This document shows positions 1 through 9,116 of a stretch of 64,000 nucleotides of DNA, in pieces. Each line of letters begins with the position of its first letter. Position 1 is the stretch's first letter. A program made the translations under genes and the position numbers. The stretch is from Planctomycetota bacterium. Its GTDB lineage: Bacteria > Planctomycetota > UBA1135 > JADKAF01. The stretch is from assembly GCA_016719295.1 (NCBI GenBank), contig JADKAF010000001.1, positions 4,704,267 through 4,768,266 on the forward strand, given 5' to 3'. Under the pieces are notes generated by a model. It did no database searches, was not told the origin of the DNA, and saw only the letters and a list, made by a program, of their open reading frames with translations.

Positions 1-615
1 ACGGTCCACAACGTCCAGTCGAAGTACGACACCTACGTGCAGAACACCGCGGTCGAAGCTTCGAGCCCCGAGCTGCGCTCCTTGCGTGGTCACGCCTCGG
101 TGGCGCTCCACCTGCTGGAGTGCGCGACCTGCCTCAGCCACTTCTACGAGCGCCACGAGAACGACATCCGCTACGAGGCGGCCAAGGAGCGCATCGCCGT
201 TCTGATCGAGAAGCGCCGGGTCGTGGAGCTGATCGTCGGACTCTGCTTGCGCTGGGGCGCCGAGTTCCTGCTGCTCGGGCGCTCGACGGCAGAGGCGATG
301 ATCGAACGCTTCACCGAGCGCGGGAGCCTGCATCTCGAGATCCCCGAGGGCGTCGTGCTGCATGCGCGCCCCTGCTCCCTGATCGTCCGGGTGGTGAATC
401 ACCACGGTACCCCGGTCGAGATGGAGATCGAGGAGGAGCGCTGCGACGCGAGCTCGATCATGCAGGTCATGATCCTCGCGAGCAGCAACTCCGCGCAGCG
501 CGCCGTGGTGTTCCACGGCGACAAGAGAGCGCTGCGAGACCTGCAGCGCCTCTTCGATGCGCGGCTCGGTGAGGGCTGCGACTTGCCCGAGGACCTGGGC
601 TACCTGCGAACCTGA
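1..615 (+). CDS. HPr-domain-containing protein, 5'-partial (frame open to window edge)
   Basis: Track ORF 37..615 starts at a GTG, but the frame is open back to nt 1. The C-terminal ~90 aa (GVVLHARPCSLIVRVV .. ASSIMQVMIL .. VVFHGDKRAL) match the PTS HPr phosphocarrier fold, including the His-Ala-Arg-Pro active-site context. The N-terminal part is unassigned. Confidence 0.6.
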   Translation, partial: TVHNVQSKYDTYVQNTAVEASSPELRSLRGHASVALHLLECATCLSHFYERHENDIRYEAAKERIAVLIEKRRVVELIVGLCLRWGAEFLLLGRSTAEAMIERFTERGSLHLEIPEGVVLHARPCSLIVRVVNHHGTPVEMEIEEERCDASSIMQVMILASSNSAQRAVVFHGDKRALRDLQRLFDARLGEGCDLPEDLGYLRT

Positions 616-1310
616 TCGCTGGAAGTCTCGGTCGCGGTGGGGACCCTGCGGGGGTGCTCCAGCAAGAGGACGCGCAGCGCGAGCGCGAGCGCGAGCTGCG
701 CTGAGGCCGCTCGGAGGCAGGTTCCGAGTCCAGCCGTGGAGGCCCCGAGCCCGGGGTGAGCCGCGCGGCTCCAGGGATCGAAGCGGACGCCGAGATCAGG
801 TGCCAGGTCCCCGGCACCCGTCCAGAACCACGCCAGCGCGATCCCGAGGAAGAGGTTCGGCGCGCCGAAGCGCAAGCTGCCGCCTTCGAGCACGGCGACC
901 GCGATGCTCACACAGCCCAGCAAGGCAACGCCACTCGAGGCTGCCCCTGGGAGCCCCAGCGTGGGTAGCAGCAGGACGCTCGCGAGGAAGAACGCGCGCA
1001 GCTGTGTTTCCACGTGGCCAAGGAGCTCGGCACGGGTGCTCGAGCCGGCCGCCATCGCGCGGAGATCGAGCAGCACCCGGTTCTCGTCGCGGTCGCGCAG
1101 GCGCAGCCGAAGGTCGAGTGCGACCCAGAGGAACGCGAAGGTCGCGAAGCCCGGCAGAGGGTCGAGCTGCTGGTAGGTGCTGGTCAGCTCGTGCCCGAGG
1201 CGCAGAGCCAAGGCGATCGCTGCTCCCGCGAGGGGACCGAGCAGGGGCTGGATTCGTTCCACGTGGAACATCACAATGCGACCCGCGCATCCCAGCGGCC
1301 CCTCGAGCAC
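600..1310 (-). CDS. hypothetical integral membrane protein
   Basis: Track ORF with several hydrophobic segments (FATFAFLWVALDL, FFLASVLLLPTLGL, LFLGIALAWFW). No family recognised. Start uncertain (internal ATG at 1271). Confidence 0.45.
   Translation of the reverse strand: MLEGPLGCAGRIVMFHVERIQPLLGPLAGAAIALALRLGHELTSTYQQLDPLPGFATFAFLWVALDLRLRLRDRDENRVLLDLRAMAAGSSTRAELLGHVETQLRAFFLASVLLLPTLGLPGAASSGVALLGCVSIAVAVLEGGSLRFGAPNLFLGIALAWFWTGAGDLAPDLGVRFDPWSRAAHPGLGASTAGLGTCLRAASAQLALALALRVLLLEHPRRVPTATETSSDQVRR
1255..1270. promoter_or_regulatory. parS-like centromere site (cGTTCCACGTGGAACa)
   Basis: Perfect 14-bp palindrome GTTCCACGTGGAAC at 1256..1269. It equals canonical parS TGTTTCACGTGAAACA with one symmetric T>C / A>G change. 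It lies 116 nt upstream of the parB start. Confidence 0.55.
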
Positions 1311-1385
1311 GGGCGGGCAAGGAAACGCAGAAGCTGTCGCTCACCCTCGAGGCGGGCGCAACGGTCGGGTCGAGCAGGTGGGGTC

Positions 1386-2324
1386 ATGACGCAGAACCGC
1401 ATGGGTCGAGGGCTGCGCGCGCTGATGGGCGCCGCTGCCCCGGCCATGGAGCCGACGGCGGGGAGCCACCTGCCGATCGAGCGCATCAAACCGAATCCTC
1501 ATCAGCCCCGCAAGGTCTTCGATTCCCAGGACCTGGCCGAGCTCGCCCAGACCATCAAGGACCGGGGAGTGCTCCAGCCGGTGGTCGTCCGCCCCATCGC
1601 GAATGGTAACTACGAGCTGATCGCGGGAGAGCGCCGCTGGCGCGCGTCGCAGCTCGCCGGACTCCAAGAGATCCCGGTGGTCGTCCGCCAGGACGTGAAC
1701 GACCGCGAGATGCTGATCTTGGCGCTCGTGGAGAACGTCCAGCGCCGGGACCTAGACGCGATCGAAAAGGCGCGCGGCTTCGCGGAACTCGCGACGAGCG
1801 GCGCCACGCAGGACGAGATCGCCACGTGGGTCGGGATGAACCGGGCCAGCATCTCGAACTTCATTCGGCTCCTCGACCTCCCCGAGGATGTCCAGCAGCT
1901 CGTCTCGCGCGGTCACCTGAAGATGGGCCACGCCCGCGCCCTGCTTGGGCTCCTCGATCAGGAGAAGCAGCGCCGGCTCGCCGTCGAGGTGGTGAAGAAG
2001 GGTCTTTCGGTGCGCCAGACCGAGGACCTGGTCCAGCGGATGCGGCCTTCCGGAGCGCCGCCCGTGGCTCCGCTCGAGGAAGGCGCCGAGGGCGCGGAGG
2101 GGCCAGCTTCCAGTGAGGCCAGCCCGAAGGCGAGTTCGGAGCCGCCGCGGCCGGCATGGGTGGGCTCGGTGGAGAAGCGCCTCCGCGAGCGCTACGGCCT
2201 CACGGCCCTGATCCGCCATACCCCATCCGGCGAAGGGAAGCTCGAGTTCGCCTACCGCAGCGAGGATGAGCTCCAATTCCTGCTCGAGGAGCTCGGCCTC
2301 GGCGAGGACCAACTCCCTCGCTGA
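1386..2324 (+). CDS. parB: chromosome partitioning protein ParB/Spo0J
   Basis: Track ORF 1014..2324 trimmed to ATG 1386 (MTQNRMGRGLRALMG). ParB hallmarks: IERIKPNPHQPRKVF box, GERRWRA arginine patch, HTH region. The upstream part of the ORF is Arg-rich non-gene sequence. Confidence 0.9.
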   Translation: MTQNRMGRGLRALMGAAAPAMEPTAGSHLPIERIKPNPHQPRKVFDSQDLAELAQTIKDRGVLQPVVVRPIANGNYELIAGERRWRASQLAGLQEIPVVVRQDVNDREMLILALVENVQRRDLDAIEKARGFAELATSGATQDEIATWVGMNRASISNFIRLLDLPEDVQQLVSRGHLKMGHARALLGLLDQEKQRRLAVEVVKKGLSVRQTEDLVQRMRPSGAPPVAPLEEGAEGAEGPASSEASPKASSEPPRPAWVGSVEKRLRERYGLTALIRHTPSGEGKLEFAYRSEDELQFLLEELGLGEDQLPR

Positions 2325-2366
2325 TCTGCGGCTTCGGCACACTCGCACTAGCGGGAGCGTACGCGA

Positions 2367-2417
2367 CCGAAACGAAGAGGGCTCGGAGCCAAGCGCTCCG
2401 AGCCCTCTTCGTTTCGG
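2367..2417. terminator. long perfect hairpin between convergent genes (bidirectional terminator candidate)
   Basis: ccgaaacgaagagggctcggagc (2367..2389) pairs perfectly with gctccgagccctcttcgtttcgg (2395..2417), giving a 23-bp stem and a 5-nt loop. It sits between the parB stop (2324) and the stop of the minus-strand gene (2471). No U-tract. Confidence 0.5.
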
Positions 2418-2470
2418 GTCACCGCGTGGATCGCGCGGCGTTCCCCGGGGATTGTCCCCCGTTGAAGCCC

Positions 2471-3589
2471 CTAGGACTTCGGCGTTCCGAAGTACGGCCG
2501 CTCCGTCTTGGTCGTCGCCGGCTTCTCGGCCGACGCATCCGCGCTGTCCGTTTCGGCGGACTTGGCGGCTGCTTCCTTCTCGATGGCGTCCAGGGCCTCG
2601 ACGATCTTCTGCGCGACGGCCATCGACTCGTCCGTCAGTCGGGCGAACGGCACGATGATCTGGTTTCCGGCGAATTGGTCCTTCAGGTTCGGCGCTTCCG
2701 TCGCCACCACGATCTCGCGGGCGGAGAGCTTTGCCGTCTGAGGATCGAGCAGGGCGCCGATCCAGCCCTTCCAGAGGAAGAGCCCGTTATCCTTGGCCTC
2801 GACGGGAGCCAGGTTCGGTCCGCGGCCCCAGAAGCTCGTCGCCGGGAGCGCCTCGGTCGACAGCTCGTGCTTCAAGCGCGCGTCGCCGAACTGGAACGCG
2901 CCCTTCCGGCTGGAGTCGACGTGCTTGTAGAGCACCAGGCCCTCGAAGGAGTTGGCTTGGAGGGCTTGCTGGAAGGCCTGGCAGAGCTCGGGAGCCTTGT
3001 CGGTGGCCAAGATGAACTCGAGCTTGCCCAGGGAGGTCTCCAATGACACCTTCGGGGCGGATTCCGGAAGGCTCGGCGGAAGCAGGATCGAGTCGAGGAC
3101 TTGCCGGTCGCTGTAGCTGCCGAGCGCCGTGGCGGGTGCAGCGTTCGTGCTTTCGAGGCCCAGCGCCACAGCGCCATCCTTCGTCAGCTTGCCGGACATC
3201 GTCGAGCCGAACTCGCTCTGCAGGCGGCTGGCCAGCTCGCGCGCCTTGGCGAGCGATTGGGACACTTCCGAGGCATCACCTGCGGCGGCCGCCTTCACGT
3301 AGCGCTGCAGCGCGATTCCCAAGCCTAGCGCTTGATCCTCCGAGCCGCTGAGATCGCCCGCTTTGGCCGCAGCGCCGTCGGGTGACGCCGCATCGCGGAC
3401 CTCGAGGACGGCCTGCGTCTGGCTGCGCATCCCCGACTCCTTCCACCAGCCGTAGAGCTGCGCGAGGAGTACGAGGCCGACGATGCCCAGGATCCCGCCG
3501 TAGACCCGGCCCTTCCAGCGCGCCCAGAGCGCGAGGATCGGATCGTTGGGGTCGGTGACGAGCGGGGGAGCAGAGATCTTCTGAGCCAT
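2471..3589 (-). CDS. membrane-anchored cyclophilin-like (PPIase-fold) protein, divergent
   Basis: Trimmed to ATG 3589 (MAQKISAPP); TTG 3634 is also possible. N-terminal TM helix VYGGILGIVGLVLLAQLY. The C-terminal ~150 aa are colinear with cyclophilins (DKAPELCQAFQQAL..FEGLVLYKHV..AFQFGD..NGLFLWKGWIGAL), but the canonical FHRV / QGGD residues are altered. Confidence 0.55.
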   Translation of the reverse strand: MAQKISAPPLVTDPNDPILALWARWKGRVYGGILGIVGLVLLAQLYGWWKESGMRSQTQAVLEVRDAASPDGAAAKAGDLSGSEDQALGLGIALQRYVKAAAAGDASEVSQSLAKARELASRLQSEFGSTMSGKLTKDGAVALGLESTNAAPATALGSYSDRQVLDSILLPPSLPESAPKVSLETSLGKLEFILATDKAPELCQAFQQALQANSFEGLVLYKHVDSSRKGAFQFGDARLKHELSTEALPATSFWGRGPNLAPVEAKDNGLFLWKGWIGALLDPQTAKLSAREIVVATEAPNLKDQFAGNQIIVPFARLTDESMAVAQKIVEALDAIEKEAAAKSAETDSADASAEKPATTKTERPYFGTPKS

Positions 3590-3721
3590 GGGAGAGGTGG
3601 GGCGCGCAAGGCGCGCCGAGCGATGGGAAGCCAAGCCGAGGTGTGTGCCTCGGCCCAGGAGCCAGGAAATCGGAGAGCCAAGCGCCGCCGATCGGTCGCT
3701 TGGCGAGGGGCCCTCGAGGCG

Positions 3722-4204
3722 CTACGAGGACGGTTCCGCGGCGCCGGTCTTCGGCAGCACGCGCATGGTGACGTTCAGGTTCTTGGAGACCTGGCCGCGG
3801 ACCTCGGCCGACTCCACGCTGACCTCGACGCGCTTCGCGTCGCGGACGAAGTAGAGCTGGCGGCCGAGCCGCGAAGGCTCGGTCGCTTCCCCCGTCTCCA
3901 TCGCCGTCCAGCCGTGGTCGGGCATGCGCCGGCGATAGAACTCGGCGACGTTCTCGAGCTCGTCTCGGCCGCTCCACACGTAGGTCGCGCTTTCGAAGCG
4001 CCCCGACCTGTAGCTGTAGGAGCGACCTTCGATGAACTCGAAGCCTTCGGGGACCGGATAGCCCTCCGGCTGCTCGCGCGTGATGCTGAGCTCGGGCTTC
4101 TCGGCCGTGTTGCACGAGCCGAGGCCGAACGAAGCGGCAGCGAGGCCGAGGAGCGCGAACGCGGAGAGCTGCAGACGAGGAGGGAGGGAACGAGAGCGGA
4201 ACAT
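3722..4204 (-). CDS. lipoprotein, function unknown
   Basis: ATG at 4204. Signal peptide plus lipobox (LLGLAAASFGLGS|C). Compositionally normal product. Confidence 0.65.
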   Translation of the reverse strand: MFRSRSLPPRLQLSAFALLGLAAASFGLGSCNTAEKPELSITREQPEGYPVPEGFEFIEGRSYSYRSGRFESATYVWSGRDELENVAEFYRRRMPDHGWTAMETGEATEPSRLGRQLYFVRDAKRVEVSVESAEVRGQVSKNLNVTMRVLPKTGAAEPSS

Positions 4205-4383
4205 GCGTCATCCAACCCAGGGCGATGGCCCCGGAAAAAGCCCCGGATTATAGGTTCCGACCGGGTTCGCGCAATCTCGCGTTCCCAGCCCGATGGCTCG
4301 AAGCAGGCGAGCCTGCCCAGATCGGCGAGGAGGCGCTAACCTCTGCGCTCGTTCCTCGGCTCGCGGCACGTCGGAGACCTCGA

Positions 4384-5013
4384 ATGGACCGCTTGCTCCC
4401 ACCAACCTTCTCGAGCACTGCGCCCGGTCTGACCACCGGCCGCTGCGTGCTCGACGAGCACACCTTGGTGCTCAATCGCTCTTGGATCGTGATCAATGTC
4501 ACGACCGTGCGCCGCTCGATCGTGATGCTCTACCACGGTATCGCGCGCGCGATCGAGCCGGAGACCTTCGAGGCTCTCGACTTCCCCTCCTGGATCGAGC
4601 GCACTCGCGCCGAGCAGCACCTGCAGATCCGGACACCGCGCGGCATGATCCCCGTGCCCGACGTGATCGTGCTCGGCTCCTACGATCGCCCGCCGAGCAC
4701 GCGCGTGCCGTTCACGCGCCGCAATCTCTTCCGCCGTGACGACGGCGTCTGTCAGTACTGCGGTCGCCAAGTGCGCACGCAGGAGTACTCGATCGACCAC
4801 GTGCTGCCTCGATCCCGCGCCGGAGCGACTTCGTGGGAGAACTGCGTGCTCGCGTGCTTGCGCTGCAACGCACACAAAGGCGATCGTACGCCCGAGGAAG
4901 CGAACCTCCGCTTGCTCCGCACGCCGCGTCCGCCCGATTGGCGCTTGCTCGTCGGGACCGCGCGCGATCTCGAGCGGCGCTCGTGGCGCACCTTTCTCAG
5001 CCGCGTTCCGTGA
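4384..5013 (+). CDS. HNH endonuclease family protein
   Basis: HNH core CQYCG..IDHVLPRSRAGATSWENCVLACLRCNAHKG. ATG 4384 chosen; the start of the track ORF at 4225 cannot be excluded. Confidence 0.8.
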   Translation: MDRLLPPTFSSTAPGLTTGRCVLDEHTLVLNRSWIVINVTTVRRSIVMLYHGIARAIEPETFEALDFPSWIERTRAEQHLQIRTPRGMIPVPDVIVLGSYDRPPSTRVPFTRRNLFRRDDGVCQYCGRQVRTQEYSIDHVLPRSRAGATSWENCVLACLRCNAHKGDRTPEEANLRLLRTPRPPDWRLLVGTARDLERRSWRTFLSRVP

Positions 5014-5128
5014 ACGCCGGCTAGCGCACCCCACCGCATCCCCGTACTCGATGACCTTCGCTGGAGCTCTCGACGGAGCTCTCGGATGATTCGCCCTCGA
5101 GCTCCGCGTCGGAGCTCCCGGAGGAGAC

Positions 5129-6469
5129 ATGCTGATCTCTCGCGTACTGCTCGCTTCGCTCGCCTCGCTGCCCGCCGCGTTCGCTGCCCCGTCAGCTCCC
5201 TGTGCACCGTTCGTCGCGCAAGCGCAGGACGAGGAAGCGCTGAAGAAGGAGTACAAGGAGCGGCGCGAGAAGCTCGGCAAGTTCGATCTCGACGCTCACC
5301 TCGAGCTGGCGCGCTGGTGCAACGGCGTCGGGTTGAAGCGCGAGTACAAGGCGCAGCTCAACTACATCGTGAAGGAAGACCCCGAGCACGCCGCGGCGCG
5401 CAAGGAGCTCGGCCAGGTCAAGTTCGATGGCCAGTGGGTCGCCGAGAGCCAGCTGGAGGCGCTGAAGAAGAAGAAGGAAGAGGACGAGTACAAGGCCAAG
5501 GGCTGGACCAAGTACAACGGCGAATGGGTCGACCCTGCCGACATCCCCAACCTGAAGAAGGGCCTCGTCAAGGTCGACGGCCGCTGGCTTAGCGCCGAGG
5601 AGAAAAGCAAGCTCGATCAGGGTTGGGTCTTCCTCGAAGGCGAGCTCCTGCCGCCCGATGCCGGCGAGAAGCTGAAGCAGGGGCTCTTCCCCGTGGAAGG
5701 CGGGTGGGTGAGCGAGGAGCAGGCCGACACCTTCCATGCGAAGTGGGCCACGCCCTGGCAGATCACCGAAGGCCTCGTGCGCCTGCGGACCAACGTGAAG
5801 CGCAAGGTCGCGCTCGAGAAGGTCTTCCCCGAGCTGAAGCTCGCCTATCGCCGCATGAAGACGATCTTCCGCAGCACCGAGCCTGCGCAGCCGATCGATC
5901 TCTACTTGCTGGGCTCGATCAACGACTTCAACAAGTACGCGGAGAACACGGAGATCGGCGCCGAGTCCTCGAACTACGGTGCCTATCTCGACGCGGCCAA
6001 CGAGAAGCGTCCTGTGATCGCGTTGAACGACGAGCGCAAGCTGCGCCATCACATCGGCTACGCGATCGCGCTCGGCTACATGGATCGCGTGAAGGAAGCG
6101 AAGGTCGTCATCCCGCCCTGGTTCCAGGTCGCGGTCGCGGGCTACAACGATCGCTTCCACGACAAGACCGACCGCAAATGGCTGATCGAGAACAGCCCCT
6201 ACATCACCGGCGGCCTCGGCAAGTACGCCGATCTCTTCGAGACCTTCGATCCGAGCCAGATGGAAGCCGAGTCCTTCCTGAAGGCGATGTCCCAGCTCGG
6301 CCTCCTCGTCGCCTACTTCGTCGACGGCGGTAACGCGAAGCACACGCAGCTCTTCCAAGAGGCGATGCAGGCGGTGCTGGACGGCAAGGGCGCGGATGGG
6401 AAGTTCCGCGCGATCGCGAAGGCGGCGAAGGAGCTCGACGAGGCGGTGGGCGAGTTCTTGAAGAAGTAG
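5129..6469 (+). CDS. secreted hypothetical protein
   Basis: ATG 5129 preceded by GGAGGAG (5121..5127). Signal peptide MLISRVLLASLASLPAAFA. Lys/Glu-rich product with G/C-rich third positions. No family recognised. Confidence 0.7.
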   Translation: MLISRVLLASLASLPAAFAAPSAPCAPFVAQAQDEEALKKEYKERREKLGKFDLDAHLELARWCNGVGLKREYKAQLNYIVKEDPEHAAARKELGQVKFDGQWVAESQLEALKKKKEEDEYKAKGWTKYNGEWVDPADIPNLKKGLVKVDGRWLSAEEKSKLDQGWVFLEGELLPPDAGEKLKQGLFPVEGGWVSEEQADTFHAKWATPWQITEGLVRLRTNVKRKVALEKVFPELKLAYRRMKTIFRSTEPAQPIDLYLLGSINDFNKYAENTEIGAESSNYGAYLDAANEKRPVIALNDERKLRHHIGYAIALGYMDRVKEAKVVIPPWFQVAVAGYNDRFHDKTDRKWLIENSPYITGGLGKYADLFETFDPSQMEAESFLKAMSQLGLLVAYFVDGGNAKHTQLFQEAMQAVLDGKGADGKFRAIAKAAKELDEAVGEFLKK

Positions 6470-6518
6470 AGCCCGCTCGCTGCGCGGGGCGGCTCGCATC
6501 CGCTTGGCTCGTCGCCGA

Positions 6519-7451
6519 TCAAGCGCTCGAAGCGTCGTCTCGCTCGAGCCCCGCGAAGAGATCCGGGGTCGCTAGCTTCTCTGCCGTCGCTCGGGCGAAG
6601 GAGCGCAGCGAGGGATAGCGCGCGAGCAGCGCCTCGGGCGCGCTCTGCGGTTCTCCCGCCAGCAGCGCGCGCATCTGGATCGCGTTCACCAGCGCCTGCC
6701 CGCGGAAGTGATTGTTCGCGATCAGGGTCGAGGGCTTGCCGCGGCTCAGCGCGCCTTTGGCGCGCTCGAGCCACGGCTCGAGCTCGGCGGTGGTGTAGAG
6801 GTAATCGTAAGCTTGATCGCGCGTCGCTCCGCGTCGGAACCACGCAGCGCCGTTCCGCCCGTGCAGGCGCAGGTAGAAGCGGCTGCCTTGGCCGGAGATC
6901 TCGCGCGCCCCGCCGTGCGCATCGCCCGGCATGTCGACGCAAGCGAGGTCGATCGACTCGCGGCGCAGGAACGCGCGTTCCTCGTCGCTGGTCCAGCCCG
7001 GCGCACGCAGCTCGAAGACCACGGGCCAAGGACGCAGCGCCTCGGCGAGCTCGCGCACGGCGTCGCGCTCCGCCGCTCCCGGCTCGAAGAAGAAGGGGTA
7101 CTGCGCGACGACGACCTCGAGCTTGCCCGCGTCGTGCAGCGGGGCGAGCGCTTCGCGAAAGGCGCGAGCTTCGTCGCGGATCCGCGCACGCTCGTGCGTG
7201 CAGGCGGACGGCGCCTTCGCGCTGAAGCGAAGATGCGGCAGCGCAGCGGCGCGCTGGATCCAGGAGCGCGCTGAGCTCAGGCGCGGCGTGCGATAGAAGG
7301 AGGAGTTGATCTCGACGAGATCGACGCAGCCACCGACGGCGAGCAGGGGGTCGCGCGCGCCGCGTCTCGCTTGGCTCTCGTAGACGATCCCTTCCCAGTC
7401 GGCGTAGCTCCAGCCGGCGATGCCGACCTGGATCGCGGGAGCCGAGCTCAC
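6519..7451 (-). CDS. DUF72 family protein
   Basis: Typical DUF72 N-terminus (QVGIAGWSYADWEG). The GTG start at 7451 overlaps the stop of the upstream gene (GTGA). Confidence 0.8.
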   Translation of the reverse strand: MSSAPAIQVGIAGWSYADWEGIVYESQARRGARDPLLAVGGCVDLVEINSSFYRTPRLSSARSWIQRAAALPHLRFSAKAPSACTHERARIRDEARAFREALAPLHDAGKLEVVVAQYPFFFEPGAAERDAVRELAEALRPWPVVFELRAPGWTSDEERAFLRRESIDLACVDMPGDAHGGAREISGQGSRFYLRLHGRNGAAWFRRGATRDQAYDYLYTTAELEPWLERAKGALSRGKPSTLIANNHFRGQALVNAIQMRALLAGEPQSAPEALLARYPSLRSFARATAEKLATPDLFAGLERDDASSA

Positions 7452-8440
7452 GGCTCGCGTTCTTCACTCGGTGGCGCTTCGTTGGTCGCGGCGAGCGCGG
7501 CCCGATCGAGCTCGCTGAGCTCGCTCGAATCCTCGTCGTGCTCGAAGCGCTGCAGGCGATCGCGTCGCTTGCGGCGCGCGCGAGCGAAGCCGAGCACGAG
7601 CAGCGGCGAGATCGCGAACATCCCGAGACCGCCGAGATAGCCGTAGAGCGAGCGAACGTAGACGCTGCGGTCGCTCGCGAGCTCTTCGTGGAGGCGCGCT
7701 TCGTGCCAGACCACCGGCTCGCCGGTGGCGGCGACGACGGCGGCGCCGAAGGAGTCGGCGCGGTCGAGCTCGCTCAGGATGCGCCCGATCACCTCGTTGC
7801 CCCAGTAGCGCACCATGAGGCGCACCATGGCCTCGGAGTAGAGGTACGCAGTTCGCGCGCCTTCGCCGTCTTCGGGGAAGCGCTCCGACCACTCGGCGAG
7901 GTTCGGCGAGTGCCAGATCTGTACGCGCAGCGCGAGCTCGTCGCGTTGGAAGCGGAAGACCGGCGCGGCATAGACCTGCGCCACTCCTTCCTCGAACCAG
8001 AGCGGGATGCTGCGCCGCACGTGCCAAGGGAGTTGGCCGAAGACGAGATGCAGAGCTTCATGCCGCAGCACCGCGGAAAGCTCGCTCCGATTCGCCGGCG
8101 GCAGGTGATCGACCTGCACCAGCATGCGCCCTTGGTCGGGCAGCGCGAGCGCGGCGCTCCACGTCGGAACCGGCGCGCTGGTCCAGCGCGCGGCCTCGCG
8201 GCGGTCTTGCACCACGATCACCTCGATCTCGGGCGGAGGTGGGAGCGCGAGCTTGCTGGCGAGCTCCTGCACGTGGGCCGGGAGGGTGGCGAAGATCTCC
8301 TGCGCGAGATCGCGATGCTCGGCATCGAAGCGCACGACGAGGCCAGCGCCTTCGAGGCGGCGCTTGCCGTCGGCGAGAGGTCCGGCGAAGGCCGGCGTAG
8401 CCAGGCCGACCCAGAGGCAGAGCCAGAGGAGGAGCTTCAT
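7448..8440 (-). CDS. putative secreted/membrane-anchored zinc metallopeptidase (HExxH)
   Basis: Signal peptide MKLLLWLCLWVGLATPAFA. HExxH (LRHEALHLVF) followed by WFEEGVAQ, a possible third ligand Glu. C-terminal TM helix and acidic tail. Confidence 0.6.
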   Translation of the reverse strand: MKLLLWLCLWVGLATPAFAGPLADGKRRLEGAGLVVRFDAEHRDLAQEIFATLPAHVQELASKLALPPPPEIEVIVVQDRREAARWTSAPVPTWSAALALPDQGRMLVQVDHLPPANRSELSAVLRHEALHLVFGQLPWHVRRSIPLWFEEGVAQVYAAPVFRFQRDELALRVQIWHSPNLAEWSERFPEDGEGARTAYLYSEAMVRLMVRYWGNEVIGRILSELDRADSFGAAVVAATGEPVVWHEARLHEELASDRSVYVRSLYGYLGGLGMFAISPLLVLGFARARRKRRDRLQRFEHDEDSSELSELDRAALAATNEAPPSEEREP

Positions 8441-8573
8441 CGCGAAGAGGTGCCGCCTGCACCCGCTCCGAAGCTACCCCGGCGCTCGCGCACCGCAAGC
8501 CGCGGAAACGAAGGCGGGCCCGGCGGGCACAGGGCCCCGGGCCCGACTCGAAGGGCAGGCGTGGGTTCGAAGA

Positions 8574-8948
8574 TCAGCCCGCCGCGCGGCTGCTGCGCGG
8601 TCGGCCCTCGGAGCCGTTCCGTCGCGGTGCTCCCGAGCGCGCCGCTTCGACGAGGGTCGGGGCGACGCCGCTGCCCCCGCGGAGGGTGGCGCCCAGGATC
8701 TCGATGCGCCGCTCGAGGGCCTGCGCCGCATCGCGTCCCGCCTCACCCGCGGGGAATCCGGCGGAGAGCTGGGAGAGCGAAGCGAGCTCGAAACGCTCCA
8801 GCATCTCGAACGCCGTCGCGGGGCTGAGCTCGTCCTTCTCGATCTGCCGCGCCAGGTGACGCAGGAGCGCGTCGTCGCAATGGCGGAGTCGGCCGATGGC
8901 CTGCTCGAGAGCCGGGCGGTTCTGCGGGATGCGGGACTTGGCTTCCAT
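8574..8948 (-). CDS. hypothetical protein (124 aa)
   Basis: ATG 8948 with GAGG about 6-9 nt upstream. Helical-looking product (MEAKSRIPQNRPALEQAIGRL..). It is the 3' part of an otherwise implausible long track ORF (8574..9782) antisense to dapF. Confidence 0.4.
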   Translation of the reverse strand: MEAKSRIPQNRPALEQAIGRLRHCDDALLRHLARQIEKDELSPATAFEMLERFELASLSQLSAGFPAGEAGRDAAQALERRIEILGATLRGGSGVAPTLVEAARSGAPRRNGSEGRPRSSRAAG

Positions 8949-9116
8949 GGCGGACCTCGGGGGCGGATCGCTCCGCCGGGCCGCGGAGCACGCCCCCCAA
9001 ACGTCGCCGGCCCGCCTCGGGGACGACCAAAACCAGAAATGCCTCGGCCGGCGGTGCCGGGCGTTGATCCCGCCGGCCTTCCCGGTTCGGATGCCGGTCT
9101 CCGCCCTCGACCTGCG

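Noticed and set aside
1008-1017. Additional parS-like cores containing CCACGTGG (1008..1017, 1822..1829, near 22350)
   Set aside because: Only the central 8-10 nt match and the outer half-site bases are not palindromic. CACGTG-containing strings are expected by chance at this G+C content.
5192-6499. 435-aa minus-strand ORF
   Set aside because: It is antisense to the secreted protein 5129..6469, which has an RBS, a signal peptide and normal composition. The antisense product is Leu/Arg/Glu/Ala-rich without motifs.
8124-9116. N-terminal 331-aa extension of the dapF ORF
   Set aside because: The extension is Arg/Ala/Ser-rich and antisense to the peptidase and the small protein. DapF homology begins only at ATG 9117.
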